Shown here in pieces: positions 43,520-52,844 of a stretch of DNA of 64,000 bases. Source of the stretch: Spirochaetia bacterium. Lineage in GTDB: Bacteria; Spirochaetota; Spirochaetia; UBA9216. A program made the position numbers and the translations under genes. The first letter of the stretch is position 1; every line of letters begins with the position of its first letter. The notes beneath the pieces are model-generated. The model was not told the DNA's origin. It was given only the letters and a program-made list of their open reading frames with translations, and did not search any database. The DNA is taken from the NCBI GenBank assembly GCA_963675665.1, contig OY776510.1:4640001-4704000 (forward strand), written 5' to 3'.

Positions 43520-43759
43520 GGATGGTTCGATGCATAACAAACCAACAAGAATTATTTCTTTATGCAGTAATGCTTAAAATCGGCAGTATTTGAATTGCTC
43601 CATGGATGTTTCAATGTATAACAAACCAATAAGAATAAACACTTCGTGCAGTGAAGTTTAAAGTCGGCAGTATTTGAATTACTCCATGGATGTTACGAAA
43701 GCAGCAATCTGCAACTGTCTGCTTCTCCAGGCAGTATTTGAAAGTATTTCGAATACTGC
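43520..43759. repeat. 84-bp tandem repeat (2 full units plus partial) with GGCAGTATTTGAA core x3 and one inverted copy
   Basis: Units 43520-43603 and 43604-43687; core at 43582, 43666 and 43730; inverted TTCGAATACTGC at 43748-43759. Confidence 0.85.
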
Positions 43760-43760
43760 A

Positions 43761-43801
43761 GAGGAATTCTCTTTAATTCTTTGAATTAAAGAGAATTCCT
43801 C
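43761..43801. repeat. Perfect 19-bp inverted repeat with 3-nt loop
   Basis: GAGGAATTCTCTTTAATTC-TTT-GAATTAAAGAGAATTCCTC, abutting TTTACA-N17-TAGAAA (43804-43832). Confidence 0.9.
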
Positions 43802-43845
43802 CCTTTACATATTATTAGATTGCTGTTAGAAAACTAATATAGATT

Positions 43846-45516
43846 ATGATTATATATGCTATTTTAAAGATTGCAGGTAGCCTTGGCCTTTTTCTCTACG
43901 GCATGAAGGCGATGAGTGACGGAATTCAGAAGACCGCCGGAGACGGTCTGCAAAAAGTTCTGAATTACATGACTATCAACCGGTTTGCAGCGGCATTAAC
44001 CGGATTCGTTGTTACTGCGCTGGTACAGTCGTCATCTGCAACAACCGTAATGGTCGTATCGTTTGTTAATGCGGGGCTTCTTTCATTGACACAGGCCATC
44101 GGCGTCATAATGGGGGCCAATATCGGTACAACCGTTACAGGCTGGATAGTGGCTCTTATAGGGTTTAAATTCAGTATTGTTACCATCGCGCTGCCGGCCA
44201 TCGGCCTCGGCCTCCCGCTGATATTTTCTAAAAGACTCGGCAAGCAGGATCTTGGAGAAGTCTTAATCGGATTCGGCATTCTCTTTCTGGGTCTTGATTT
44301 TCTTAAAGATTCGGTGCCGGACATCAAGAGTCACCCCGAGTATCTCGAGTTCCTGGCAAGATTTGCAGACTGGGGTTTCCTGTCTTTTCTTGTCTTTGTT
44401 GCAGTCGGAACATTGCTGACGGTAATCATACAGTCTTCATCGGCATCAATGGCAATCACCCTTACAATGGCATACTCCGGATGGATTGACTACCACACAG
44501 CAGCCGCTGTAATAATCGGATCTAATATCGGAACAACCATCACCGCCTACCTTGCGGCCATAGGAACAAATACAAACGCTAAACGCGCTTCAAGGGCCCA
44601 TATTCTGTTTAATATTTTCGGCGCAATACTTATTTCAATTGTCTACGCCCCTTTTCTAAAACTCGTAGACATGATTGTTCCCGGAGATCCGACTATGGGG
44701 GCCGGCATACCTGAACATCTGGCTATGTTTCATACCCTTTTCAATATCGCAAATACAGCCCTGTTTATCTGGTTTATTCCCCAATTTGCCAGGATTGTTG
44801 AAAAGCTTGTTCCGGAAACCAAAGATGATTTTGATCTGAAATATGAATTTAAATACATATCAACGGGAATTCAGGATACTGCCGAGATAAATCTTATGAG
44901 GGCGAAATCTGAAATATCCAAGATGGCCGGAATAAACAGGGAGATGTTCAGTATATTCCTGTCGATTTTCGGAAAGCCGGATAAAAAGCTGGGAAAAGAA
45001 GTTCGAAAACTGAAGGATATGGAAGACTTCACCGATCAGATGCAGGAACATATTACCGCTTATCTTATCGAATGCGCATCAGAAGGTCTGAATGAAGACG
45101 GGATGAGAACTTCAACCGGAATGATACGTATTGTAAACGAGCTTGAAAGCATCGGAGACAGCTGCTACAACCTTATCCTGCTGTCCGAACGCCGTTATAA
45201 CAAGGAATTGCCAATCCCGAAAGAAGCGCTTGACGCGCTGAAACCAATGTCCGGAACGGTAACCGAATTTCTGGAATTCATTACAACAAAAGTCGACCAC
45301 AGCTTTACCGATGTTGAAATGGAACAGGCAAACAAGCTTGAAACCAGGGTAGACGAACAGAGACGCAGCCTCAGGAAAAAATCCAGGAAAAGACTACAGA
45401 CCGGCTCCGATGTGAAAGCGGAACTTCTTTATCTCGACGTAGTCAAGCATCTTGAGCATATCGGCGATTACGCGCTGAATATTGCGGAAGCGTTGAGACA
45501 GATCTACCAGGATTAA
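43846..45516 (+). CDS. Na+/phosphate cotransporter family protein with C-terminal PhoU-like domains
   Basis: VQSSSATT...IMGANIGTTVT and the repeat IQSSSAS...GSNIGTTITA; C-terminal ELESIGD / LEHIGDY. Confidence 0.93.
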   Translation: MIIYAILKIAGSLGLFLYGMKAMSDGIQKTAGDGLQKVLNYMTINRFAAALTGFVVTALVQSSSATTVMVVSFVNAGLLSLTQAIGVIMGANIGTTVTGWIVALIGFKFSIVTIALPAIGLGLPLIFSKRLGKQDLGEVLIGFGILFLGLDFLKDSVPDIKSHPEYLEFLARFADWGFLSFLVFVAVGTLLTVIIQSSSASMAITLTMAYSGWIDYHTAAAVIIGSNIGTTITAYLAAIGTNTNAKRASRAHILFNIFGAILISIVYAPFLKLVDMIVPGDPTMGAGIPEHLAMFHTLFNIANTALFIWFIPQFARIVEKLVPETKDDFDLKYEFKYISTGIQDTAEINLMRAKSEISKMAGINREMFSIFLSIFGKPDKKLGKEVRKLKDMEDFTDQMQEHITAYLIECASEGLNEDGMRTSTGMIRIVNELESIGDSCYNLILLSERRYNKELPIPKEALDALKPMSGTVTEFLEFITTKVDHSFTDVEMEQANKLETRVDEQRRSLRKKSRKRLQTGSDVKAELLYLDVVKHLEHIGDYALNIAEALRQIYQD

Positions 45517-46877
45517 ATAAGCTCCACATCATCTCCGGCAAGGGCTGTTACCGCTTTCAGCAGGACAGTTTTTGCCGATGATGTTTTTTTAACAATATTT
45601 TCAAGCTCATGCTGCGCCGCGCCCAGGTTCAGGTTTCCGCCTGTTCCGGTAGAGGTTCTTGTCTCATTCACATCTTCAGGGTTCCGGCTGCCGAGCGATT
45701 CAAGGTTCAACCCAATCTCCCTGTATGCGTCGCGAAAACTTGCTCCTCCCACCACGAGTTCAACAGCTGCATCGGTGGCGTATATTTCAGGCGTAAATCC
45801 CTGGGCAAGCCTGTCGCGGTTAATCTGCAGCTTTGAGAATGTAAGCCCCATGATATCAATACACTGCGCCGCAAGCTCAAGACCGTTCATATAAGGTTCT
45901 TTTGTTTCCTGAAAATCACGGTTATAGCCGGACGGCAGCGAGCGGACAACCTGCTTGATGTTCATCACGTAACTGGATATGGTGGCCGATTTCGCCCGCA
46001 TTAATTCCAGGCCGTCGGGGTTTTTCTTCTGCGGCATGATGCTTGAACCCGTACAGAGTTCAGCAGGCAGGCTGAAGTATCCGAATTCCGGAAGTGAGAA
46101 AAGTATCAGGTCCTGGGCAATTGAACTCAGTATCAGCATGGTGTGTTCCACGGCATTCAGCACCAGGGAATCAAGCCTTCCGCGTGAATTGTTGACATAC
46201 AGCACGTTATTCTGAACCCTGGAAAAACCAAGCAGTTCCGCGGTCATTTCACGGTTCAGCGGAAGAGGCGTTCCGTAACTGGCAGCGGCGCCCAGCGGGC
46301 ACTGATCGATCAGGGAATAAACTGATTGAAGATTTTTCAGGCTGTCGATAATCTCTTCAGCCCACGCTCCGGCCCAGAGGCCAATGGTTGAAGGCATTGC
46401 AATCTGCATATGAGTGCGGCCGGGCATGGGGACATCACTGTTGCTTTCTGCAAAAGCAATAATGGATGATGCAAGGCCCGAACCTTTTTCGAGCAAACTC
46501 AGAACCGAAGCCCTGCTGTACATCCGCAGGGCTGTCTGCACCTGATCATTTCGCGAGCGGCCCGTGTGGATCTTTTTCCCGGCAGCTCCGGCGTTTACGG
46601 TAAGATAGTTTTCGATAGCGGTATGACAGTCTTCATCCGACTGCTTGATTGAGAAATTTCCTTCCTTAAAATCGCTTATTATCGCTTTCAGCGAATTTTC
46701 AAGTTTCTCAAGTTCCTCATCCGACAGGAGATCTATGGAATTCAGCATTCTGGCATGAGCAATAGAGGCTACACAATCCGGGATTATCAGCGCATTATCA
46801 AGAAGATAATCTTTTCCTACTGTAAACCGCTCAACAAGTTCATTAAGTTCATAATCTTTCTGCCATAATTTCGCCAT
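45513..46877 (-). CDS. argH: Argininosuccinate lyase
   Basis: MAKLWQK, IHTGRSRNDQV, PGRTHMQ.A, TGSSIMPQKKNPD, YNRDFQ. Confidence 0.95.
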   Translation of the reverse strand: MAKLWQKDYELNELVERFTVGKDYLLDNALIIPDCVASIAHARMLNSIDLLSDEELEKLENSLKAIISDFKEGNFSIKQSDEDCHTAIENYLTVNAGAAGKKIHTGRSRNDQVQTALRMYSRASVLSLLEKGSGLASSIIAFAESNSDVPMPGRTHMQIAMPSTIGLWAGAWAEEIIDSLKNLQSVYSLIDQCPLGAAASYGTPLPLNREMTAELLGFSRVQNNVLYVNNSRGRLDSLVLNAVEHTMLILSSIAQDLILFSLPEFGYFSLPAELCTGSSIMPQKKNPDGLELMRAKSATISSYVMNIKQVVRSLPSGYNRDFQETKEPYMNGLELAAQCIDIMGLTFSKLQINRDRLAQGFTPEIYATDAAVELVVGGASFRDAYREIGLNLESLGSRNPEDVNETRTSTGTGGNLNLGAAQHELENIVKKTSSAKTVLLKAVTALAGDDVELI

Positions 46878-46906
46878 TCCGGCCTCCTGTTTTTCAGTTA
46901 AAATGA

Positions 46907-46935
46907 ATAATACTAAAAAGGAGGCTTAATTTCAA
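46907..46935 (-). promoter_or_regulatory. Putative promoter for argH
   Basis: TTGAAA-N17-TATTAT on the minus strand; AGGAGG SD downstream. Confidence 0.55.
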
Positions 46936-46964
46936 CGGAATCGGCAAAATTGGCGCGGCCTGTT

Positions 46965-49541
46965 TTACTCGGCAGTAAATTCAAGCCCTGTTTCTCCCCT
47001 TGATACTTTGACCGTGTCGCCGTCCTTAATACGGCCCGACAACATCATTTTGGCCATAGGGTTCTGAATCAGATTCTGAATGGTACGTTTAAGCGGCCTT
47101 GCTCCGAAAGCCGGATCAAAACCCTGTTCGGCCAGAAACTCTTCCGCGTCTTCAGTAAACTGGAGCGTAATCTTTCTGTTCTCAAGCCGTTTTTTAAGGA
47201 TATTAATCTGAATATCGGTAATCTTTACTATCTGCTCCTTTCCAAGCCGCTTGAATGAGATTATTTCATCAATACGGTTAAGAAACTCCGGTTTAAAAGT
47301 TGATTTCATCAGCGCGTCTATCTGCGGCCTTACTACCGACGGATCATCCGACTGCAGCAGAAGATCACTTCCGATATTGCTTGTCATAATGATGATCGCA
47401 TTACGAAAATCCACTACCCTGCCCTGGCTGTCGGTAAGCCTTCCGTCGTCAAGAAGCTGAAGCAATATGTTGAAAACATCCGGATGGGCTTTCTCAATCT
47501 CGTCAAACAGGACAACCGAGTACGGGCGGCGCCGGACGGCCTCGGTAAGCTGGCCGCCCTCATCATAACCGACATATCCGGGAGGGGCCCCCACCAGTCT
47601 GGAAACAGCAAATTTCTCCATGTATTCGCTCATATCGATTCGCGTGAGAGCCTTTTCATCACTGAACAGAAAATCCGCCAGGGTTTTGGCAAGCTCAGTT
47701 TTGCCTACCCCTGTAGGACCTATGAATATAAACGAGCCGAGGGGCCGGTCTTCATCCGATATACCTGTCTTGTTTCGCCTTATTGCATCTGAAACCGCTT
47801 CAATTGCATCATCCTGACCGACAACCCGCGACTCAAGAATTTCTTCAAGCTTCAGATACTTTTCCATCTCGGATGCAAGCATCTTGGACACGGGGATTCC
47901 TGTCCAGGTGGACACAACCCTTGCAATATCCTCTTCTTCCACCTCTTCGCGCAGCAGGCTGTTGCCGGCCTGGAGTTCTTCAAGTTTAAGGCTCTTTGCA
48001 GCTATTTCGGCCTGTTTCTGGGGCACCAGTCCGTGCTTTATTTCGGCCGCCCTCTGAAGATTTCCTTCACGCTCGTTCCGGGCCTCTTCAACGCGCAGTT
48101 CTTCAAGTTCAGCCTTCAGATCACGGATTCCTTCGATAACCGATTTTTCATTCTTCCACTGCAGATGCATTGCATCGCGTTCTGTCTGTAGCCCCGACAG
48201 CTCCGAATTGATATGCTTTAACCGCTCTGCCGAGGCTTCATCGTCCTCGCGCGACAAAGCCTGCTTTTCTATGTTAAGCTGCAAAATCTTGCGTTCAATC
48301 TTGTCAAGTTCCGTAGGCTGGCTTTCAATTTCCATTTTCAACCGGCTTGCGGCCTCGTCGACAAGATCTATCGCCTTGTCGGGCAGAAAGCGCGATGTTA
48401 CATACCGGTCCGATAATACCGCGGCGGCAATAAGCGCTTCATCCTTGATTCTTACCCCGTGATGTACCTCATAACGTTCCTGAAGCCCCCTTAGAATTGA
48501 TATCGTATCTTCAACGGAAGGTTCTTTTGTGTACACCGGCTGAAAACGGCGTTCAAGCGCAGGATCTTTCTCTATGTGCTTGCGGTACTCATCAAGGGTT
48601 GTTGCGCCTATCGCATGCAGCTCACCGCGGGCAAGCGCCGGTTTGAGAAGGTTAGACGCATCTGTTGAGCCTTCTGCGGCCCCTGCGCCGACAAGGGTAT
48701 GCAGTTCGTCTATAAACAGAATTATCCGCCCCTCAGCTGCTGCTATCTCTGCTATTACAGCTTTCAGCCGCTCTTCAAATTCGCCGCGGAATTTAGCTCC
48801 GGCTATCATGGCCCCGAGATCAAGCGCAAGCAGTTTTTTATTTTTCAGGGAATCGGGAACATCTCCCGTTACTATTCTTCCTGCCAGACCTTCAGCAATC
48901 GCTGTCTTTCCGACCCCGGGCTCGCCTATCAGTACGGGATTGTTTTTGGTTCGCCTTGAAAGTACCTGCATTACTCGACGAATTTCCTCATCACGGCCGA
49001 TTACAGGATCGAGTTTACCGCGGCGGGCAAGCGCCGTCAGATCCTTGCAGAATTTATCCAGCACCTGGTATTTACCTTCCGGGTTCTGATCAGTCACGCG
49101 CTGATTGCCCCTGATTGACTGTAAAGCGTTCAATACCCCGTCGCGGGTTATTCCGTTTTTCCGGAGAACATCGGCTCCGGAAGTTTTTGTGCCCAGAATG
49201 CTAAGAAAGATATGTTCAGTGCTTACGTAATCATCTTTCAGCTTGTCTGCTTCCGCAGTTGCATTATTCAGCGTGTTGGCAAGATCGGGCGTAAGGCCCA
49301 CCTGGGCATTGCTGCCGTATACCTTGGGCAGGCTTTTGAGAACATTCTCAATATCGGCCAAAACCTTTCTTTTGTCCGCTCCAAGCGCATCCATCAATGG
49401 CGGAATTACTCCGTCCTCCTGTGCCATCAGCGCCTTCAAAAAATGAGGAATATCAATTCCGGAGTGACTATATGTGCGGGCTATGGAATCCGCTTCCTGC
49501 AGGGCTTCCTGCGCTTTAAGTGTAAATTTATCGTATCTCAT
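46965..49541 (-). CDS. clpB: ATP-dependent chaperone ClpB
   Basis: [14 protein letters not shown]; two AAA+ modules ([16 protein letters not shown]); M-domain coiled coil; FGARPLKR. Start moved to ATG 49541. Confidence 0.97.
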   Translation of the reverse strand: MRYDKFTLKAQEALQEADSIARTYSHSGIDIPHFLKALMAQEDGVIPPLMDALGADKRKVLADIENVLKSLPKVYGSNAQVGLTPDLANTLNNATAEADKLKDDYVSTEHIFLSILGTKTSGADVLRKNGITRDGVLNALQSIRGNQRVTDQNPEGKYQVLDKFCKDLTALARRGKLDPVIGRDEEIRRVMQVLSRRTKNNPVLIGEPGVGKTAIAEGLAGRIVTGDVPDSLKNKKLLALDLGAMIAGAKFRGEFEERLKAVIAEIAAAEGRIILFIDELHTLVGAGAAEGSTDASNLLKPALARGELHAIGATTLDEYRKHIEKDPALERRFQPVYTKEPSVEDTISILRGLQERYEVHHGVRIKDEALIAAAVLSDRYVTSRFLPDKAIDLVDEAASRLKMEIESQPTELDKIERKILQLNIEKQALSREDDEASAERLKHINSELSGLQTERDAMHLQWKNEKSVIEGIRDLKAELEELRVEEARNEREGNLQRAAEIKHGLVPQKQAEIAAKSLKLEELQAGNSLLREEVEEEDIARVVSTWTGIPVSKMLASEMEKYLKLEEILESRVVGQDDAIEAVSDAIRRNKTGISDEDRPLGSFIFIGPTGVGKTELAKTLADFLFSDEKALTRIDMSEYMEKFAVSRLVGAPPGYVGYDEGGQLTEAVRRRPYSVVLFDEIEKAHPDVFNILLQLLDDGRLTDSQGRVVDFRNAIIIMTSNIGSDLLLQSDDPSVVRPQIDALMKSTFKPEFLNRIDEIISFKRLGKEQIVKITDIQINILKKRLENRKITLQFTEDAEEFLAEQGFDPAFGARPLKRTIQNLIQNPMAKMMLSGRIKDGDTVKVSRGETGLEFTAE

Positions 49542-49547
49542 GTGTTT

Positions 49548-49576
49548 AAGGTAATCAGACGGAACTTTCCCGTCAA
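49548..49576 (-). promoter_or_regulatory. Putative clpB promoter (leaderless geometry)
   Basis: TTGACG-N17-TACCTT-N6-ATG, with no SD. Confidence 0.6.
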
Positions 49577-49650
49577 ATAAATTTTTCACAACTGTTTACA
49601 GCTTTGAAATGATTTTTATAGCGAACCGTCTTCAGAAATGAAATTTGTTG

Positions 49651-49679
49651 CTGACAATCCATTGCTTCTGTAATATCCT
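49651..49679 (+). promoter_or_regulatory. Putative prsW promoter (leaderless geometry)
   Basis: CTGACA-N17-TATCCT-N6-ATG, with no SD. Confidence 0.55.
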
Positions 49680-49685
49680 GAACTC

Positions 49686-50354
49686 ATGAAAAACCTGCTG
49701 CTGAATATTCTTCTGGCTGTTATTCCCGCCCTGCTTCTTGTATTTTATTTTTACAGGAGGGACAACCAGAAAAAAGAACCCGTAGGGCTGGTATGGAAAG
49801 TCTTTGTTATCGGGTTCTTTTCAGTATTTCCCGCAGTTATTATAGAAATGTTTCTAACCCCCCTGACATTTTTTTCAGGAACCCTTCAGAGCCTGTTTGC
49901 AAAAGCATTTATTGTTGCGGCGCTTGTAGAGGAAGGTATAAAACTTGCGGTTGTAAAACTTTATGTTTACAACAAGTCCGATTTTGACGAAATTACCGAC
50001 GGTATAACTTATACGATTACAGCAAGCATGGGATTTGCCTGTTTTGAAAACATTCTTTACAGCACCGGCGGAACCTCTACCGTACTGCTTCGGGCCGTTA
50101 CTGCCGTTCCTCTTCATGCAATAGCATCGGGAATAATGGGATATTACATCAGCTATGCCAAATTCAGCGGTACCAATACCATTATCAAGGGACTGCTGGC
50201 GGCGGTTCTCATACACGGCCTTTACGACTTCCTGCTGTTCACAAATACGGCCCTGGGTTTTCTTGTAATCCCTCTTCTGGTAATCGGGTGGATTATGCTG
50301 CAGCGGCGTCTTAAAAAAGCGCTTGCACTTGACCGAATGTCCGGAAGAAGCTGA
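49686..50354 (+). CDS. prsW: PrsW family intramembrane glutamic/metallo-protease
   Basis: KKEP, AALVEEGIK, GFACFENILY, AVPLHA, LIHGLYD. Confidence 0.92.
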   Translation: MKNLLLNILLAVIPALLLVFYFYRRDNQKKEPVGLVWKVFVIGFFSVFPAVIIEMFLTPLTFFSGTLQSLFAKAFIVAALVEEGIKLAVVKLYVYNKSDFDEITDGITYTITASMGFACFENILYSTGGTSTVLLRAVTAVPLHAIASGIMGYYISYAKFSGTNTIIKGLLAAVLIHGLYDFLLFTNTALGFLVIPLLVIGWIMLQRRLKKALALDRMSGRS

Positions 50355-50393
50355 GACTGATATGATAAATATGCAAAATGTATCTAAATCTTG

Positions 50394-50422
50394 TTGACAT
50401 AAATAATAAATATCATTATATT
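50394..50422 (+). promoter_or_regulatory. Promoter for tRNA-fMet
   Basis: TTGACA-N17-TATATT, 12 nt upstream of the tRNA. Confidence 0.75.
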
Positions 50423-50434
50423 CTCTAAACACGA

Positions 50435-50507
50435 CGCAGGGTAGAGCAGCTGGCAGCTCGTCGGGCTCATAACCCGGAGGTCGCAGGTTCGAATCCTGTC
50501 CCTGCTA
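50435..50507 (+). tRNA. Initiator tRNA-fMet (CAT)
   Basis: CGCAGGG/CCCTGCT acceptor stem with unpaired C1:T72; three G:C pairs closing the anticodon loop (GGG-CTCATAA-CCC); T loop GGTTCGAATCC. Confidence 0.96.
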
Positions 50508-50512
50508 TAAAT

Positions 50513-50550
50513 AGAGATTATTCGGTCTTTCCGGATAATCTCTTTTTTTT
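50513..50550 (+). terminator. Intrinsic terminator after tRNA-fMet
   Basis: AGAGATTATTCGG-TCTTT-CCGGATAATCTCT followed by a T run. Confidence 0.85.
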
Positions 50551-50657
50551 GGCTTCGAAGCAGGATTCGAACCGCATGCTTTCCCGGTAGTGAAGTTTGG
50601 CGCAGATAAACTTCAAACTGAAACGCCGAAGGTGTTTCAGTCCCTGTCACCTGCTAT

Positions 50658-50697
50658 AAAAACGCTGATTAGGCTTTTGCCTGGTCAGCGTTTTTTT
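50658..50697 (+). terminator. Second terminator after the duplicated tRNA 3' end
   Basis: AAAAACGCTGATTAGGC-TTTT-GCCTGGTCAGCGTTTTTTT. Confidence 0.75.
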
Positions 50698-50993
50698 ATA
50701 CGCCGGGAGGATTCGAACTGAATGAGCGCGCGAAGCGGAAGTGAGGCCCGGATGCCGAACGCCGGCGAATGAGGCGGCTCGCCGAGCCTGCACTGCGTTT
50801 TACCCAACATTCCGCCTCAAAGCAGCACCGAAGGTACGATGCGGGCTCGGCGCCGGAGTTCGGATCCTACATCCATGTATTGCCGGCTACATTTATGTAG
50901 TACGATATCAATTAAATATCCTGAAATTCACTGAATATCCCTGTAAAAACCCGTTATTCGGTGTTGGCACTGATCTTGCATAAAAGACAGATT

Positions 50994-52199
50994 ATGAGTA
51001 CTACTCTATCCCGTTTCAGTACGATAAGCGAGGTTGAAATTCAAAGCCTTTTTCAGCCTCTTTATTCTGTACACGAAAAAAAGTATATAGGCGTCGAGGC
51101 CCTATCCAGGGCAATTTATAAAGGCGATTATCTCAACGCCTTACAGCTGTTCTCGCTTCCGAAAAACGAGCGGGACAAACTGGAACTGAATAAAAAATGC
51201 ATACAATCTGCATTACAAAACCTTAAAACGCAAACAGAGCTGGATAATTACACCATATTCCTGAATATCGACTCATCCCTGATGGATAATAAAAATTTCA
51301 GCAATAAAGACTTTCAGATAGCAACTGATACAAACGGTATCAGCCCTCACCGGGTAGTCATTGAACTGATAGAGAGCCGTGTAAAAAACTTTGATGTACT
51401 GCTTGATTTTGTTACCTACTGCCGCAAAAAGGGATTCCTTATCGCGCTCGACGACGTTGGAGCCGGTTATTCCAGTCTTCAGCGAATGGTCAAAATAAAA
51501 CCCGACATTGTAAAAATAGACCGGGAACTTGTTAACGGTATATCGGACGAATTTTATAAACGCGAAGTCTGCCGTTCACTTATAGAACTTGCGCATAATA
51601 TCGGAGCGTTGTCGCTGACGGAAGGCGTTGAAACTATCAATGATGCACTGGTGTGCCAGGAACTTGGAACAGACATCATTCAGGGTTATTACTTTTCCAA
51701 ACCTTTAAAGAAAATTCCCCCCGTAGACAGTTCAGCCGGTAAAATTGCATTGCTTGTTGAAACATGGAGTTTTTCATCACAGGAACGCGACAACCGTCTC
51801 CGCCTGTCTCTGAACAGGGTAAAAAAGCAGGCGGAAATTATTTACTCGGCGCTGAACCGAAGCGGCAATGAAGACTGGAATAAAATTCTGTTAAACAGGG
51901 TTGAGGCAATGCCGGATATTGAATGCGCATATATTATTGACAGTTCCGGAAAGCAGATTTCAATCAGCGCATTAAGTTCCAACCTTGAATATAAAAAACA
52001 TTTTCTGTTTAAACCTGCAGATCTCGGGGCAGATCATTCACAAAAATACTATTATCTTCGAAGAACCGACAAGCAAAAGTGGTTTATTTCGGACCCGTAC
52101 ATATCAAGCGCCACGGGAAATATATGCCGGACCGTCAGTATGATGTTTGACAGTATGGAATCAAAGAGCTGTTACCTTTGCCTTGATATTAATAATTAA
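50994..52199 (+). CDS. EAL-domain c-di-GMP phosphodiesterase with C-terminal YkuI_C/PDC-like domain
   Basis: FQP, EALSR, FLNID, IELIE, ALDDVGAGYSSL, VKIDR, EGVET, QGYYFSKP; C-terminal WFISDPYISSATG. Start uncertain (50961 or 50994). Confidence 0.9.
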   Translation: MSTTLSRFSTISEVEIQSLFQPLYSVHEKKYIGVEALSRAIYKGDYLNALQLFSLPKNERDKLELNKKCIQSALQNLKTQTELDNYTIFLNIDSSLMDNKNFSNKDFQIATDTNGISPHRVVIELIESRVKNFDVLLDFVTYCRKKGFLIALDDVGAGYSSLQRMVKIKPDIVKIDRELVNGISDEFYKREVCRSLIELAHNIGALSLTEGVETINDALVCQELGTDIIQGYYFSKPLKKIPPVDSSAGKIALLVETWSFSSQERDNRLRLSLNRVKKQAEIIYSALNRSGNEDWNKILLNRVEAMPDIECAYIIDSSGKQISISALSSNLEYKKHFLFKPADLGADHSQKYYYLRRTDKQKWFISDPYISSATGNICRTVSMMFDSMESKSCYLCLDINN

Positions 52200-52206
52200 A
52201 GCTTTG

Positions 52207-52235
52207 TTGATAATATAAGTTTTTTACTATATATT
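52207..52235 (+). promoter_or_regulatory. Putative promoter (leaderless geometry)
   Basis: TTGATA-N17-TATATT-N6-ATG(52242), with no SD. Confidence 0.6.
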
Positions 52236-52241
52236 CACATT

Positions 52242-52844
52242 ATGATCAGGAAGCAAAAATTGAGCAGAAAACTAAAACCTCTGTTTATAATCACAATATT
52301 ATATTTCATTTTGCCCATGATAAATATCTATCTGGCCTTAACCGCTGCAGGATGCATACTCATACCGTTTCTGCTGCTGAAAAGGAGCGGCAGAAATATC
52401 TGGTGCGCTTATGCGTGTCCGCGGGCAAATTCCCTTTCGCGGTTACGTTTTTTAAATATCGGGTTTAAAACTCCTGAATGGCTTAAAGGCAAATCCATGC
52501 GTAACAACATGCTGATTTATTTCGGTATAAATTTTTCATTTATTGCCCTATCCACCATTATGGTTTCAGCAGGCAGAATAAACCCGATCGACAAAATAAG
52601 GCTTTTAATCATCTTCCAACTGCCGTTTTCCCTGCCCCAGCTTTTTCCGCCGGAGACCCCGGCAGCCCCGGTACTGCATCTTGCATACAGGTTCTACTCA
52701 TTTATGCTGACCTCTACCCTGCTTGGAATTATTCTGGCAATATTATTTAAACCAAGAACATGGTGCGCAATCTGTCCGGTAAATTCCATAAGTATAAAAA
52801 TGCTGAACAACCGAAAAGAGGTTTTAAATGAACAGACAGTTTAA
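52242..52844 (+). CDS. Membrane protein with two CxxxCP motifs (NapH/MauN-like 4Fe-4S-binding family)
   Basis: GRNIWCAYACPR and PRTWCAICPVN flanking TM segments. Confidence 0.75.
   Translation: MIRKQKLSRKLKPLFIITILYFILPMINIYLALTAAGCILIPFLLLKRSGRNIWCAYACPRANSLSRLRFLNIGFKTPEWLKGKSMRNNMLIYFGINFSFIALSTIMVSAGRINPIDKIRLLIIFQLPFSLPQLFPPETPAAPVLHLAYRFYSFMLTSTLLGIILAILFKPRTWCAICPVNSISIKMLNNRKEVLNEQTV

Noticed and set aside
43582-43742. 29-bp direct repeats with ~55-bp gaps resembling a mini CRISPR array
   Set aside because: The would-be spacers are homologous to each other, there are only 2-3 copies, and no cas genes are present; it is a tandem duplication.
46900-46920. ArgR box overlapping the argH promoter (AATGAATAATACTAA)
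   Set aside because: Only the left half fits and there is no second box; too weak to call.
50741-50983. 80-aa ORF after tRNA-fMet
   Set aside because: Runs through GC-rich palindromic repeat sequence, has no SD, and has no recognisable protein features.
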